Origin: an uncultured Alphaproteobacteria bacterium
GTDB taxonomy: Bacteria > Pseudomonadota > Alphaproteobacteria > Methylaequorales > Methylaequoraceae
Direction of reading: 5' to 3'
DNA: 64,000 nt
NCBI GenBank assembly: GCA_902613995.1
Contig: CACMJG010000003.1
Location: 70,054 to 134,053 of the forward strand
Part shown: positions 46,816 to 56,153 of the stretch, piece by piece
How positions within the stretch are numbered: position 1 is the first letter of the stretch
Layout of the letters: every line of letters begins with the position of its first letter
Position numbers and translations under genes: made by a program
The notes under the pieces: model-generated
What the model was told of the DNA's origin: nothing
What the model saw: only the letters and a program-made list of their open reading frames with translations
Database searches by the model: none

Positions 46816-47653
46816 TTTTTTTAACTAATTTGCAACAACTTTGAACCAGAGATCTTATTCTTAAAATATATGCTTGTCTCTCTGAAACTGACACTAAACC
46901 ACGAGAGTCTAATAAGTTAAAAGAGTGACTTGCTTTTATACATTGTTCATAAGCTGGTATTGGTAGTTTATTTTCGATTAAGGTTTTTGCACTTTCCTCA
47001 TGGTATTTAAATGAATTGTACAAGTGGTTCTTTGAAGCAAGCTTGAAATTGAAAAAAGACATTTGTTTTTCATTCTCTAAATACAAGTCACCATAGGTTA
47101 CACCGGAATCGTTAACTTTGATTTTATAAACACTATCAACATTTTGAACAAAAGTTGCTATTCTCTCAAGACCGTAGGTTATCTCCAGACACACAGGATT
47201 AACGTCTATCCCCCCAATTTGTTGAAAATAAGTAAACTGGCTAATTTCCATTCCATTACATTGAACTTCCCAACCAAGCCCTGTGGCTCCAAGAGTAGGG
47301 CTTTCCCAATCATCTTCTATAAACTTAATGTCATTTAAATTCTTATCAATGTTTATGGATCTTAAACTTTCTAAATACATCGCTTGAGAGTCACTGGGAC
47401 TAGGTTTAATTAAAACCTGAAGTTGATAATAATGTTGAAGTCTGTTTGGATTTTCTCCATATCTTCCATCAGACGGTCTTCTACAGGGTTGAAGGAAAAT
47501 AGCACTCCAAGGCTCTTTATCTATTACTCTGAGCACTGTAGATGGATGAAAGGTGGCTGCTCCCATTTCCAGGTCATATGATTGAATCTGGATACAACCT
47601 TTCTTCTTCCAATACGAGTAAAGATTATCTATAATTTCTTGAAAAGTTAACAT
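46808..47653 (-). CDS. glyQ: glycyl-tRNA synthetase alpha subunit
   Basis: The MLTFQEII..L..YW...GC opening and the RPSDGRYGENPNRLQHYYQ block. Confidence 0.96.
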   Translation of the reverse strand: MLTFQEIIDNLYSYWKKKGCIQIQSYDLEMGAATFHPSTVLRVIDKEPWSAIFLQPCRRPSDGRYGENPNRLQHYYQLQVLIKPSPSDSQAMYLESLRSINIDKNLNDIKFIEDDWESPTLGATGLGWEVQCNGMEISQFTYFQQIGGIDVNPVCLEITYGLERIATFVQNVDSVYKIKVNDSGVTYGDLYLENEKQMSFFNFKLASKNHLYNSFKYHEESAKTLIENKLPIPAYEQCIKASHSFNLLDSRGLVSVSERQAYILRIRSLVQSCCKLVKKNV

Positions 47654-47759
47654 AATAAAAATTTATTATAAAATATTAATTTAAAATTCGATTTTAGAAT
47701 ACTATATCTTAAACCACTGTGATCAAAAAAAAATATTTTCAATTTTTTAAAACTTCAAA

Positions 47760-48770
47760 ATGAATATCATTAACTTAAAAAGAAAAAATCAAGATAATCC
47801 CCTTGATATCTTTATGAAATGGCTTGAGCCTGATATAATTGAAATAAATAAATCCATTCTAAATAATCTTTTAGGAAGCGAACCGCTTATCTCGGATTTA
47901 TCAAATCACATCATTGGTTCAGGTGGAAAAAGAATAAGGCCCCTATTAACCATCGCGTGTTCAAAATTGTGTAATTATATTGGAAGCAGACACATTGAAC
48001 TTGCATCGGTGATTGAGTTTATCCATACAGCAACTTTATTGCATGATGACGTGGTTGATGATAGTAAAAAAAGACGAGGAAAATCTTCAGCCAACTTTAT
48101 TTGGGATAACAAATCTAGCATCCTGGTAGGGGATTATCTTTTGAGCAAAGCTTTCAGATTATTAATAAACGAAGGATCAATTGCTTGTTTAGATATAATT
48201 TCAAAGGCTTCAGTCAAAATTTCAAACGGCGAGGTTAAACAATTGGTTTCAATTAAAAATCTTCACACAAACGAGTCTGAGTATCTAGATATTATAAATC
48301 ATAAAACCGCTGAATTGTTCTCTGCTGCATGCCAAATTGGCGGTGAAGTGAGTGAAATAAATTCGGAAAAGAAAAAATGTCTTGCTGAATTTGGAACTTT
48401 TCTTGGAATGGCATATCAAATTGTAGACGACTCTCTCGATTATTTCTCAGACTTTAAAACCTCTGGCAAAAGTTCGGGAAATGATCTAAAAGAAGGCAAA
48501 ATGTCCCTTCCTCTTATACTTTGTTACAAGAGATGTGATAAAAGTGAAAAAAAAATGGTAGAATTTATCATTAATAAAAACAAAACCAACAATAGTGATT
48601 TCTTGAAAATAATAGATTTAATGACAAAATATGATGTAAAGCAGGACTGTTTAAAGAAAGCAAAACATTTTTCTACTATGGCAGTGGATAGTCTGGGTAT
48701 TTTCGCAGATTCCACAGCGAAAGAAAAACTCGTAAACTTGGTGGATTATCTGACACATAGAACAAAATAA
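47760..48770 (+). CDS. ispB: polyprenyl (octaprenyl-type) diphosphate synthase
   Basis: Asp-rich motifs LLHDDVVDD and QIVDDSLD. Confidence 0.9.
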   Translation: MNIINLKRKNQDNPLDIFMKWLEPDIIEINKSILNNLLGSEPLISDLSNHIIGSGGKRIRPLLTIACSKLCNYIGSRHIELASVIEFIHTATLLHDDVVDDSKKRRGKSSANFIWDNKSSILVGDYLLSKAFRLLINEGSIACLDIISKASVKISNGEVKQLVSIKNLHTNESEYLDIINHKTAELFSAACQIGGEVSEINSEKKKCLAEFGTFLGMAYQIVDDSLDYFSDFKTSGKSSGNDLKEGKMSLPLILCYKRCDKSEKKMVEFIINKNKTNNSDFLKIIDLMTKYDVKQDCLKKAKHFSTMAVDSLGIFADSTAKEKLVNLVDYLTHRTK

Positions 48771-48798
48771 TTTGGAATGATAATTGCAAAAGTTTTTT

Positions 48799-48918
48799 AT
48801 GGACAAGTATAATCAGTTTGAACTATCAAGCTACTTCAAGGCAAAGACTCTGGAATTTCTTTCAAAGAATTATATATTTATTTCATTAATTTTTATTCTA
48901 TTAATTATTTTCGTTTAA
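48799..48918 (+). CDS. candidate 39-aa tail-anchored peptide
   Basis: MDKYNQFELSSYFKAKTLEFLSKNYIFISLIFILLIIFV; a sub-threshold ORF in the 178-nt gap between ispB and the ABC1 kinase. Confidence 0.25.
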   Translation: MDKYNQFELSSYFKAKTLEFLSKNYIFISLIFILLIIFV

Positions 48919-48948
48919 TTTTTTTTTTTTTTCATTAACTTATCACTT

Positions 48949-50280
48949 ATGGATGAGATTAATAAATTTTCAAAAAGAGTAGCAAGATACGCCAACCTAG
49001 GAACATCTGCTGGAAATATAGCTTTGAAGTTTTTAGGGACTAGATTATTAAATAAAGAGCATGAGAAAAATGCTGAGGACCTTAAAAATATTCTAGGAAG
49101 TTTAAAGGGGCCTATAATGAAAATTGCGCAACTTTTATCAACAGTTCCTGATCTACTACCAGAAGAATATGTAAATGAGTTAACTAAGCTACAGTCAAAT
49201 GCTCCTCCTATGGGTTGGAATTTTGTAAAAAGGAGAATGAAAAACGAACTTGGATTTGATTGGCTTGATTCTTTTGACTCTTTTGAAAAAGAACCATTTG
49301 CTGCCGCTTCTTTAGGTCAAGTTCACAGAGCTGTTTATAAAGGAGAAAATATTGTTTGTAAATTACAATACCCTGATATGAACTCTATTGTTGATGCAGA
49401 TGTAAATCAACTGAAGCTAATCTTTTCAATCTACAAGAAAATTGATACAAGTATTGACACCTCTGAAATTCAAAAAGAAATTAGCGATAGAATTAAAGAA
49501 GAATTAGAGTATAAACAAGAACAAAAACACATCCAATTATTCAATCTCATTTTTAATGAATTTAATGAAGTAAGAATACCTAACGTTTATAAGGAAATCT
49601 CTACTAATAGATTAATAAGTATGAATTTCTTGCCAGGAAATAAACTTCTTCACTTTAAAAAATATCCTCATGCTGTTAGACAAAAAATAGCTAAGAATAT
49701 GTTTACGGCATGGTACTATCCATTTTATAAATATGGTGTTATACACGGTGATCCTCATTTAGGAAATTATTCTTCAGATAAAAATGCAAATATAAATCTT
49801 TTAGATTTTGGCTGCATAAGAGTTTTCAAACCATCTTTTGTTAAAGGTGTTATCAACTTGTACCATGCAATTAAAAACAATGACACTGATTTAGCCATAC
49901 ATGCATATGAAAGTTGGGGATTTGAAAACATTTCAAAAGATTTAATTGATGTTTTAAATATTTGGGCAAAATTTCTTTACTCACCCTTAATGGAAAATAA
50001 ATTAAGAAAAATGCAGGAAACAAATTCTTCTACTTATGGAGCTGAAGCTGCTTCAAAAGTTCATAGGGAATTAAAAAAAATTGGAGGTGTAAAACCACCA
50101 AGAGAATTTGTTTTTATGGACAGAGCAGCTATTGGTCTCGGATCAGTTTTTCTGCATTTAGATGCGAAACTTAATTGGTATAAATTATTCCATGAATTAA
50201 TTGATGGATTTAACGAGGATAGTTTAAAAAAAAGACAAAGAGATGCAATCAAAGGGGTTAAAATGGAGTATACGTTTTAA
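48949..50280 (+). CDS. ubiB: ABC1/UbiB family atypical kinase
   Basis: The AAASLGQVHRA, HGDPHLGN and LLDFG motifs of the ABC1 domain. Confidence 0.85.
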   Translation: MDEINKFSKRVARYANLGTSAGNIALKFLGTRLLNKEHEKNAEDLKNILGSLKGPIMKIAQLLSTVPDLLPEEYVNELTKLQSNAPPMGWNFVKRRMKNELGFDWLDSFDSFEKEPFAAASLGQVHRAVYKGENIVCKLQYPDMNSIVDADVNQLKLIFSIYKKIDTSIDTSEIQKEISDRIKEELEYKQEQKHIQLFNLIFNEFNEVRIPNVYKEISTNRLISMNFLPGNKLLHFKKYPHAVRQKIAKNMFTAWYYPFYKYGVIHGDPHLGNYSSDKNANINLLDFGCIRVFKPSFVKGVINLYHAIKNNDTDLAIHAYESWGFENISKDLIDVLNIWAKFLYSPLMENKLRKMQETNSSTYGAEAASKVHRELKKIGGVKPPREFVFMDRAAIGLGSVFLHLDAKLNWYKLFHELIDGFNEDSLKKRQRDAIKGVKMEYTF

Positions 50281-50842
50281 AATCCAGTGCAATTTTCTCT
50301 GAAAAGGTAAGAAGCTTATCCAACTCAGACATAGTTTTTGATAACTCATCTGAATCGTCCTCGAGCCAAATCATAAAAATATAACTATAAATAAGAAAAA
50401 TTGATTTTTTCTTAAAGATATCTAAAAAGGAATCGTTATATGCATTTGTGAGCTCTAAATAAAAATCTAAAGAATTCATTACGTTTTTTGCTACAGATTT
50501 AGCTACTAGAGGATCAGACTTAAAAGAACTTTTAATACTTTTAAGGGCATTTCTATATGGTTGCATATACTCTAACCTTAGCATAATTAATTCAAATAAA
50601 TTGTCTTTTACTGAGGTGTTTGTTAACTCCTCATAATCGAAGCTTTTTTCAACTTTTATATCAATCATTTTTGAGAATCCGTCTAGAATCGTTATTTCAG
50701 ACTTAAAAAAAATTTTTATTTCATTTATTGGAATTTTTTCTGCGTATGAAAGTTTTTGTAAAGAAAATGACTTCCAACCGCTTTTTTCAATTATATTGAA
50801 AGAAGACTTAACTAATTTAAACTTTTTATCTGATGATTTCAT
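50258..50842 (-). CDS. TetR-fold protein, COQ9-like (ubiquinone biosynthesis accessory)
   Basis: The blocks EKSGWKSFSLQKLS, LRLEYMQPYRNAL and WLEDDSDELSKT parallel COQ9 blocks (HGW, RL....PY.....AL, DSSPDFEDT). Sits next to ubiB and ispB. Confidence 0.6.
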   Translation of the reverse strand: MKSSDKKFKLVKSSFNIIEKSGWKSFSLQKLSYAEKIPINEIKIFFKSEITILDGFSKMIDIKVEKSFDYEELTNTSVKDNLFELIMLRLEYMQPYRNALKSIKSSFKSDPLVAKSVAKNVMNSLDFYLELTNAYNDSFLDIFKKKSIFLIYSYIFMIWLEDDSDELSKTMSELDKLLTFSEKIALDFKTYTPF

Positions 50843-50978
50843 ACATTTAAGTTGTAAATGAAATATTTATATATATTCTCTATTTACAAATATTAATGTA
50901 AATTTATGGTATATTTCAATATTTTTTCAAATTTTACCAATTTTTTTAAGAATTTTTAATAACTTATATCTTGTAATT

Positions 50979-51491
50979 ATGCAAATCGAGGAAATTGAAT
51001 CTTGTATTAGTAAAGTCCCAGACTTCCCAGAACCTGGAATTCTTTTTTATGACATTTCTACTTTAATCTCTAACAATGATGCTTTTAAAGCCTCTATAAA
51101 ATATCTTGAAGCTCTCACCAAAAGCTATGAATATGACTTAATAGCAGGGATTGATGCGAGAGGATTTATATTTGCATCTTGCTTAGCATTAAACTTGAAT
51201 AAAGGAATAGTTATGATTAGAAAAAAAAACAAACTTCCCGGACAAGTTATTAGTTTAGAATATGATTTAGAGTATGGAAAAGACACTCTAGAAGTAAATT
51301 TAAAACTTCAAGCAAAGAAAATAATTATAGTTGACGATCTTTTAGCAACTGGTGGAACAGCACGAGCAGCTTGTGAAGTTCTAAAAAAAGCAGGAGCAAC
51401 CGTTTCTTGTTTTATTTCTTTAATTGAGTTAAATTTTCTTAATGGAAGAAAAAAAATTGATGTTCCAACTGAAACATTGATTAGATATTAA
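50979..51491 (+). CDS. apt: adenine phosphoribosyltransferase
   Basis: VDDLLATGGT PRPP-binding motif; 170 aa. Confidence 0.93.
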   Translation: MQIEEIESCISKVPDFPEPGILFYDISTLISNNDAFKASIKYLEALTKSYEYDLIAGIDARGFIFASCLALNLNKGIVMIRKKNKLPGQVISLEYDLEYGKDTLEVNLKLQAKKIIIVDDLLATGGTARAACEVLKKAGATVSCFISLIELNFLNGRKKIDVPTETLIRY

Positions 51492-51510
51492 ATTAACCTT
51501 ATTAGAAAAT

Positions 51511-52221
51511 ATGACTAGAGCACATAAACTATTCTTAAAATGGCTATTACAATTCAGCTTGATGTCATTTTTTATTTTTTTTATCTTTGATCAAGGACTA
51601 ATTATTAAAATATTAAGCTCTGATAAAAGTTATATTACTAGTTTTATATTAGTTCTATTTTTTGTGATTAGTATGCACTGCTTTTATCATACTTTTATTA
51701 TTTCAGATGAACTTAATAAGGCGCATATTATAAAAAAAAGTCTTTTGGACGAAAATGTTAAGTTAAGAATTATTGAAGGATCGTTAATTCTTACCTCAAA
51801 AGGTGAAATATCAAATGGAATTGTTAGAGATTATTTCAAAGACTTAATAGGTTTGAAAAAAAATGGAGCTACATCTCATGTTCAAATATTGGATAGTTAT
51901 ATAAAAAAAACAGTTGGATTTTATGAATTTGGATGGTTTTGTTCAGATATAATGCTAAAACTAGGCCTTATAGGAACAGTTATTGGGTTCATAATAATGT
52001 TAGGATCTTTATCAGACATAACAACTTTTGATGTTACTCTCCTTCAGGGAGTTCTTACAACTATGGGTAGTGGGATGGGAGTTGCCTTGTATACTACTTT
52101 ATCAGCGTTGGTGGCTGGTGTAATGGTAGCTGTTCAGTATTATAATCTTGAGAGTGGATGTGAAGAATTATTTTCAGTATTAAACCAAATTTCTGAAGTA
52201 AGTATAGATAATAGTTTATAA
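51511..52221 (+). CDS. MotA/TolQ/ExbB-like proton channel protein
   Basis: Two N-terminal TM segments and a cytoplasmic insert, then LGLIGTVIGF and MGVALYTTLSALVAGV segments resembling the MotA_ExbB signature helices. Confidence 0.7.
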   Translation: MTRAHKLFLKWLLQFSLMSFFIFFIFDQGLIIKILSSDKSYITSFILVLFFVISMHCFYHTFIISDELNKAHIIKKSLLDENVKLRIIEGSLILTSKGEISNGIVRDYFKDLIGLKKNGATSHVQILDSYIKKTVGFYEFGWFCSDIMLKLGLIGTVIGFIIMLGSLSDITTFDVTLLQGVLTTMGSGMGVALYTTLSALVAGVMVAVQYYNLESGCEELFSVLNQISEVSIDNSL

Positions 52222-52817
52222 TGTCGTATTCAGGAAGAAGACTAAGGGCTGACCCTTTCACTGATTTACTTTTCAATATATTATTATCTTTCACACTTTT
52301 AATGTTTCTTGCTATTATTTTCATGAACCCAATACCAAAAACGGGTGTTATAAATCCTAAGGCCGAATATATTATAACAGTGAGCTGGAAAGATAATAAT
52401 CCTGATGATGTAGACACTTATGTTCAGAGTCCAACTGGTGATCTGATATGGTTTAGGGGTAAAGAAGCAGGTTTCGTACATTTAGACAGGGATGACAGGG
52501 GTCTTTTAAACGATACAATTGAAATAAACGGAGAAAAAGTTCAGAATCCTCTAAATCAAGAGGTTGTAACAATAAGGGCAGTTGTACCAGGTGAATACAT
52601 AGTAAATATTCACTATTATGCAACCAAGACTAATCAACCAGTAGACGTAAACGTTAAAGTGGAAAAAGTTAATCCTCAGCTTGAAGTAATTTATTACGGA
52701 ACAATTAATTTAGAAAAAAAAGGTGTAGAAAAAACTGCTACAAGATTTAATATTACACAAAACGGTAAGGTAACTATTTCAGGTAATTTATTTAAAAAAT
52801 TAGTTCCTGAAAATTAA
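52221..52817 (+). CDS. ExbD/TolR-like single-TM anchor with beta-rich periplasmic domain (DUF2135-like pattern)
   Basis: The N-terminus RADPFTDLLFNILLSFTLLMFL resembles the ExbD/TolR TM region. The remainder is ITVSWKDNNPDDVDTYVQSPTGDLIWF...DRDDRG...VPGEYIVNIHYY. TAATG junction with the upstream gene. Confidence 0.5.
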   Translation: MSYSGRRLRADPFTDLLFNILLSFTLLMFLAIIFMNPIPKTGVINPKAEYIITVSWKDNNPDDVDTYVQSPTGDLIWFRGKEAGFVHLDRDDRGLLNDTIEINGEKVQNPLNQEVVTIRAVVPGEYIVNIHYYATKTNQPVDVNVKVEKVNPQLEVIYYGTINLEKKGVEKTATRFNITQNGKVTISGNLFKKLVPEN

Positions 52818-52830
52818 AGGAAAGGTCAAT

Positions 52831-53352
52831 ATGAATTCAGAAATTTTTTTAATTATAATTTGCTACATTATCCTAGCATTTTTATTACTGTTATTTAATT
52901 TAAGAACCAATTTTCATTGGATGATAAAATCAACAATGATTGTTTTAACAACGCTCTTTTATATTTTAACTTACGATTCTTTTAAAAATTTGATAGGCTG
53001 GCCTTCAAACGATCCCTTACCAGACAGATTCAGGTTGGTAGCAGCACAGATATATGAGCCAAATGCACTTTTAAATTCCGAAGGTTCCATCTTCTTATGG
53101 ATAACAGATATGGACGATTTAGCTGGACTAAGTACCCCAAGATCACATAGCTTAAAATATAACAAAGAGGTTCACGAACGAGTTTCAAAAGCACTTGTTA
53201 GTCTAAAAAATGGTGTTCCTCAGATGGGCGAAAATATAAACGAAAACAAGAAAAATATTATTTCTTCAATTTTAAAAAAAGAGAAAGCAGCTGCTGTAAG
53301 TTCAAAATTAAATTTTTTTGATATGCCAAATCAATTACTTCCAGAGAAATAA
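52831..53352 (+). CDS. hypothetical 2-TM membrane protein
   Basis: 173-aa ORF with two N-terminal hydrophobic helices, an AAGGAAAGG SD upstream and a 13-nt gap to the upstream gene. Confidence 0.55.
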   Translation: MNSEIFLIIICYIILAFLLLLFNLRTNFHWMIKSTMIVLTTLFYILTYDSFKNLIGWPSNDPLPDRFRLVAAQIYEPNALLNSEGSIFLWITDMDDLAGLSTPRSHSLKYNKEVHERVSKALVSLKNGVPQMGENINENKKNIISSILKKEKAAAVSSKLNFFDMPNQLLPEK

Positions 53353-53355
53353 ATA

Positions 53356-54051
53356 ATGAAATATATATTATTTCTTTTTATCTTAATTGGATGTTCAGAA
53401 AATAATCATACTTACTTTCCATTAGGAAAAATAAAATCTTGGTCTTATAAAATAGAAATTGAACCTGAAGTTGATAAAAAAACTGTATATAAAAAAACAA
53501 ATCTATCATTAGGGAAAAAAAAATTAGAATTAGAAGGAAAAAAGGAATCGTTCTATCCATTTCTTCGAGAGGACGGTTCCATATTCTTTTATAAGCTTAA
53601 GAAAAATGGTATCTTCAGAAGTGGCTTTGCTTTTGCAAAAGACCAAAATATTAATAAGGAGAAGCGAGAAAGAATGGTACTTCCAACCCCAATTAAAATT
53701 GGGAAAAAATGGTCAGTAGATAGCAAAACATATTTGATACTTAAAAGGTATCCTTACTACGATTACAGAGCTACAACAAACTTTATGATAGATTATGAGA
53801 TAATTTCAACAGATGAAATTATTTCTACACCAACTGGTAAATTTCGTAACTGCATCTTAATTAGAGGTATTGGAAATACTAAATTTATAGGTGATAGCGA
53901 AATCGGTTCAATCGCTATAAATATTCTGTCTGAAGAGTGGTATGCTAAAGGAGTTGGATTAATAAAAAGTGTTCGGGTTGAGAAAACAGATTCGGATTTA
54001 TTTGGAACAACAAAGATGACACAAGTTTTGGAAGGCTTTAAAGAAAATTAA
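53356..54051 (+). CDS. hypothetical lipoprotein (paralog of 26933-27628)
   Basis: Lipobox LIGC after the signal peptide. Full-length collinear similarity to the 26933 product (YFP..G..W.Y, GIGNTKFIGD, GLI..VR.E.T). Confidence 0.6.
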   Translation: MKYILFLFILIGCSENNHTYFPLGKIKSWSYKIEIEPEVDKKTVYKKTNLSLGKKKLELEGKKESFYPFLREDGSIFFYKLKKNGIFRSGFAFAKDQNINKEKRERMVLPTPIKIGKKWSVDSKTYLILKRYPYYDYRATTNFMIDYEIISTDEIISTPTGKFRNCILIRGIGNTKFIGDSEIGSIAINILSEEWYAKGVGLIKSVRVEKTDSDLFGTTKMTQVLEGFKEN

Positions 54052-54053
54052 AA

Positions 54054-55061
54054 ATGAAGTCTAGTTCTGTTCTTTTATTTTTTTTATTTTTATTTCTAAT
54101 TTTTTATCTTGGGAAATTTATTTTTCTCCCACTGTTTTTAGCACTGTTTTTTTATTTAATAATTAAGTCTGTAACTAATAAATTACTTTTATCAATTAAT
54201 TCAAAGTTTAGAGTCAGCTTAAGTAAATTTAACGCTATGGGTATAATGCTGTTCACAATTTCTATTTTTTCTTATTTTTTATGGATAATTCTTGAATTAA
54301 ATATTAATGCAGTCCTTGAGAAATCAAATATGTACCAAGATAACTTTGAAAAAATATTATCATACTTATCGAAAAAACCCTTTAATTTGTTTGTAGAAGA
54401 AAATGATTTTTTTGGTTCATTCGACATGTTAACAATTTTTTCAAATATCTTGAATAGTCTATCTTCATTTGCCGGCAACTTCGCTTTTGTAATAATTTTC
54501 ATTATTTTTTTAATTTTTGAAGAAAATCATTTGAAAAAAAAATTGAATTCTGTTTTGAGTTCTTCAAACATAAAAGTTCTCAACAGGATTAATTACGATA
54601 TTTTTTTTTATTTTCAACTCAAAACTATTACAAGTTTGTTAACTGGACTTTTTACTTTCATAATTCTTTTCTTTTTAGAAAACGATTTAGCTCCGACTTT
54701 CGGTATTTTCTCTTTCTTTCTAAACTTTATTCCTTTTATAGGATCTCTTTTATCTGTTCTTTTACCATTTATTTTTTCAGGCGTTCAATTTCTTAATTTT
54801 TTTGAACCTTCTTTAACTTTATTTCTTCTTTTAATTATTCAAATTTACATCGGAAATTTTTTAGAACCCAGGTTAATGGGTAAAACACTAAATATAAGTC
54901 CATTGGTGATGATAATTTTCTTAGCTGTAATGGGAAAAATTTGGGGAGTTGCTGGAATGTTTTTGAGTGTACCACTTTTAGTAATTCTTTTGATAATTTT
55001 AAGAAATATGAAATCAACCAAAAAAATTGCAATCATCTTGTCTGAAAGTGGTGAATTATAA
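54054..55061 (+). CDS. AI-2E family transporter (PerM/UPF0118)
   Basis: Multi-TM protein with the GNFLEPRLMGK...SPLV...GVAGMFLSVPL motif. Confidence 0.85.
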   Translation: MKSSSVLLFFLFLFLIFYLGKFIFLPLFLALFFYLIIKSVTNKLLLSINSKFRVSLSKFNAMGIMLFTISIFSYFLWIILELNINAVLEKSNMYQDNFEKILSYLSKKPFNLFVEENDFFGSFDMLTIFSNILNSLSSFAGNFAFVIIFIIFLIFEENHLKKKLNSVLSSSNIKVLNRINYDIFFYFQLKTITSLLTGLFTFIILFFLENDLAPTFGIFSFFLNFIPFIGSLLSVLLPFIFSGVQFLNFFEPSLTLFLLLIIQIYIGNFLEPRLMGKTLNISPLVMIIFLAVMGKIWGVAGMFLSVPLLVILLIILRNMKSTKKIAIILSESGEL

Positions 55062-56150
55062 ATAATTTGATCCACGGTCTAAAGATAAAATTATTCCAAA
55101 CCCAATAAAATAAGTCAGCATCGATGAACCACCGTATGAAACCAAAGGTAAAGGCAATCCAACAATTGGTAATATTCCAATTACCATTGACATGTTTATA
55201 AGTGAAGCAAAGAAAAAATTCGTTATAATGCCATATCCTACAATTCTATTAAAGTTATTGTGAACGAAGCTACTGGTAATATGGTATGTGATATATGTTA
55301 TTAGGCAAATCAAACCTATTACAGATAAGGTTCCTAAAAAACCAAATTCTTCACCTAACATAGAAAAAATAAAATCTGTATGCTTTTCAGGAAGAAAATC
55401 TAAATGAGATTGAGTCCCTTTAGTCCAACCTTTACCGAAAGTACCTCCGGAACCAATTGCAATTTGAGACTGAATTATATGGTAACCGGATCCTAAAGGA
55501 TCATTTTCGGGATTAAATAAGGTTAGTATTCTTTGTTTCTGATAATCTTTTAGTTCCCCCCATAAATAAGGTGTAACTACGATTGATACCAACCCAGATA
55601 ATGCAAAAAATTTCCAATTAATCCCTGATACAAAAAAAATCACAATACTCACAAATAATATTAACATTGCAGTTCCAAGATCTGGTTGTATGAGAACCAA
55701 GAGGAAAGGAATTGTGACTATTAATATAGGAAGAATAAGAAAAAAGTAATCTCTCGATTCTTGAAACTTCTTTTCATCAAAAAACTTAGCTAAAGAAATT
55801 ATTAAGAAAATCTTCATTATTTCAGATGGCTGAAAATTTAATCCATAAAAATTGATCCATCTTCTTGCTCCCTTTCCAAGGTCGCCATAAAAAGTTACCC
55901 ACAACAATAAAACTATTCCAATAAAGTAAAATAGATATGCGTTTTTTTTCCAAAATTCTACATCAATTAAACTAACCAAAATCATTAAAATAAAACCAAA
56001 TGTAACTTTATAGATGTGAGAAATAAAAATTTTTGATTCTTCACCAAATGTCGCACTGTAAATCATTACAAGCCCTACAAAAGACAAAAAAGATACCAAA
56101 AAAATGAATAGCCAATTTAAGTTTTTTAATTTGATTATAATTTCTGTCAT
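55056..56150 (-). CDS. rodA: rod shape-determining SEDS protein RodA
   Basis: 10-TM SEDS pattern (QPSE.MK, DLGTA, PE.HTDFIF, GLPLPLVSYGGSS), downstream of mrdA. Confidence 0.93.
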   Translation of the reverse strand: MTEIIIKLKNLNWLFIFLVSFLSFVGLVMIYSATFGEESKIFISHIYKVTFGFILMILVSLIDVEFWKKNAYLFYFIGIVLLLWVTFYGDLGKGARRWINFYGLNFQPSEIMKIFLIISLAKFFDEKKFQESRDYFFLILPILIVTIPFLLVLIQPDLGTAMLILFVSIVIFFVSGINWKFFALSGLVSIVVTPYLWGELKDYQKQRILTLFNPENDPLGSGYHIIQSQIAIGSGGTFGKGWTKGTQSHLDFLPEKHTDFIFSMLGEEFGFLGTLSVIGLICLITYITYHITSSFVHNNFNRIVGYGIITNFFFASLINMSMVIGILPIVGLPLPLVSYGGSSMLTYFIGFGIILSLDRGSNYL

Positions 56151-56153
56151 TTT

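Noticed and set aside
50852-50903. TTGTAAAT...ATTTACAA inverted repeat plus a third TGTAAAT copy upstream of the TetR-fold gene, considered as a TetR operator.
   Set aside because: The downstream protein looks COQ9-like rather than like a DNA-binding TetR. The 7-8-mers are AT-only and plausible by chance in this composition.
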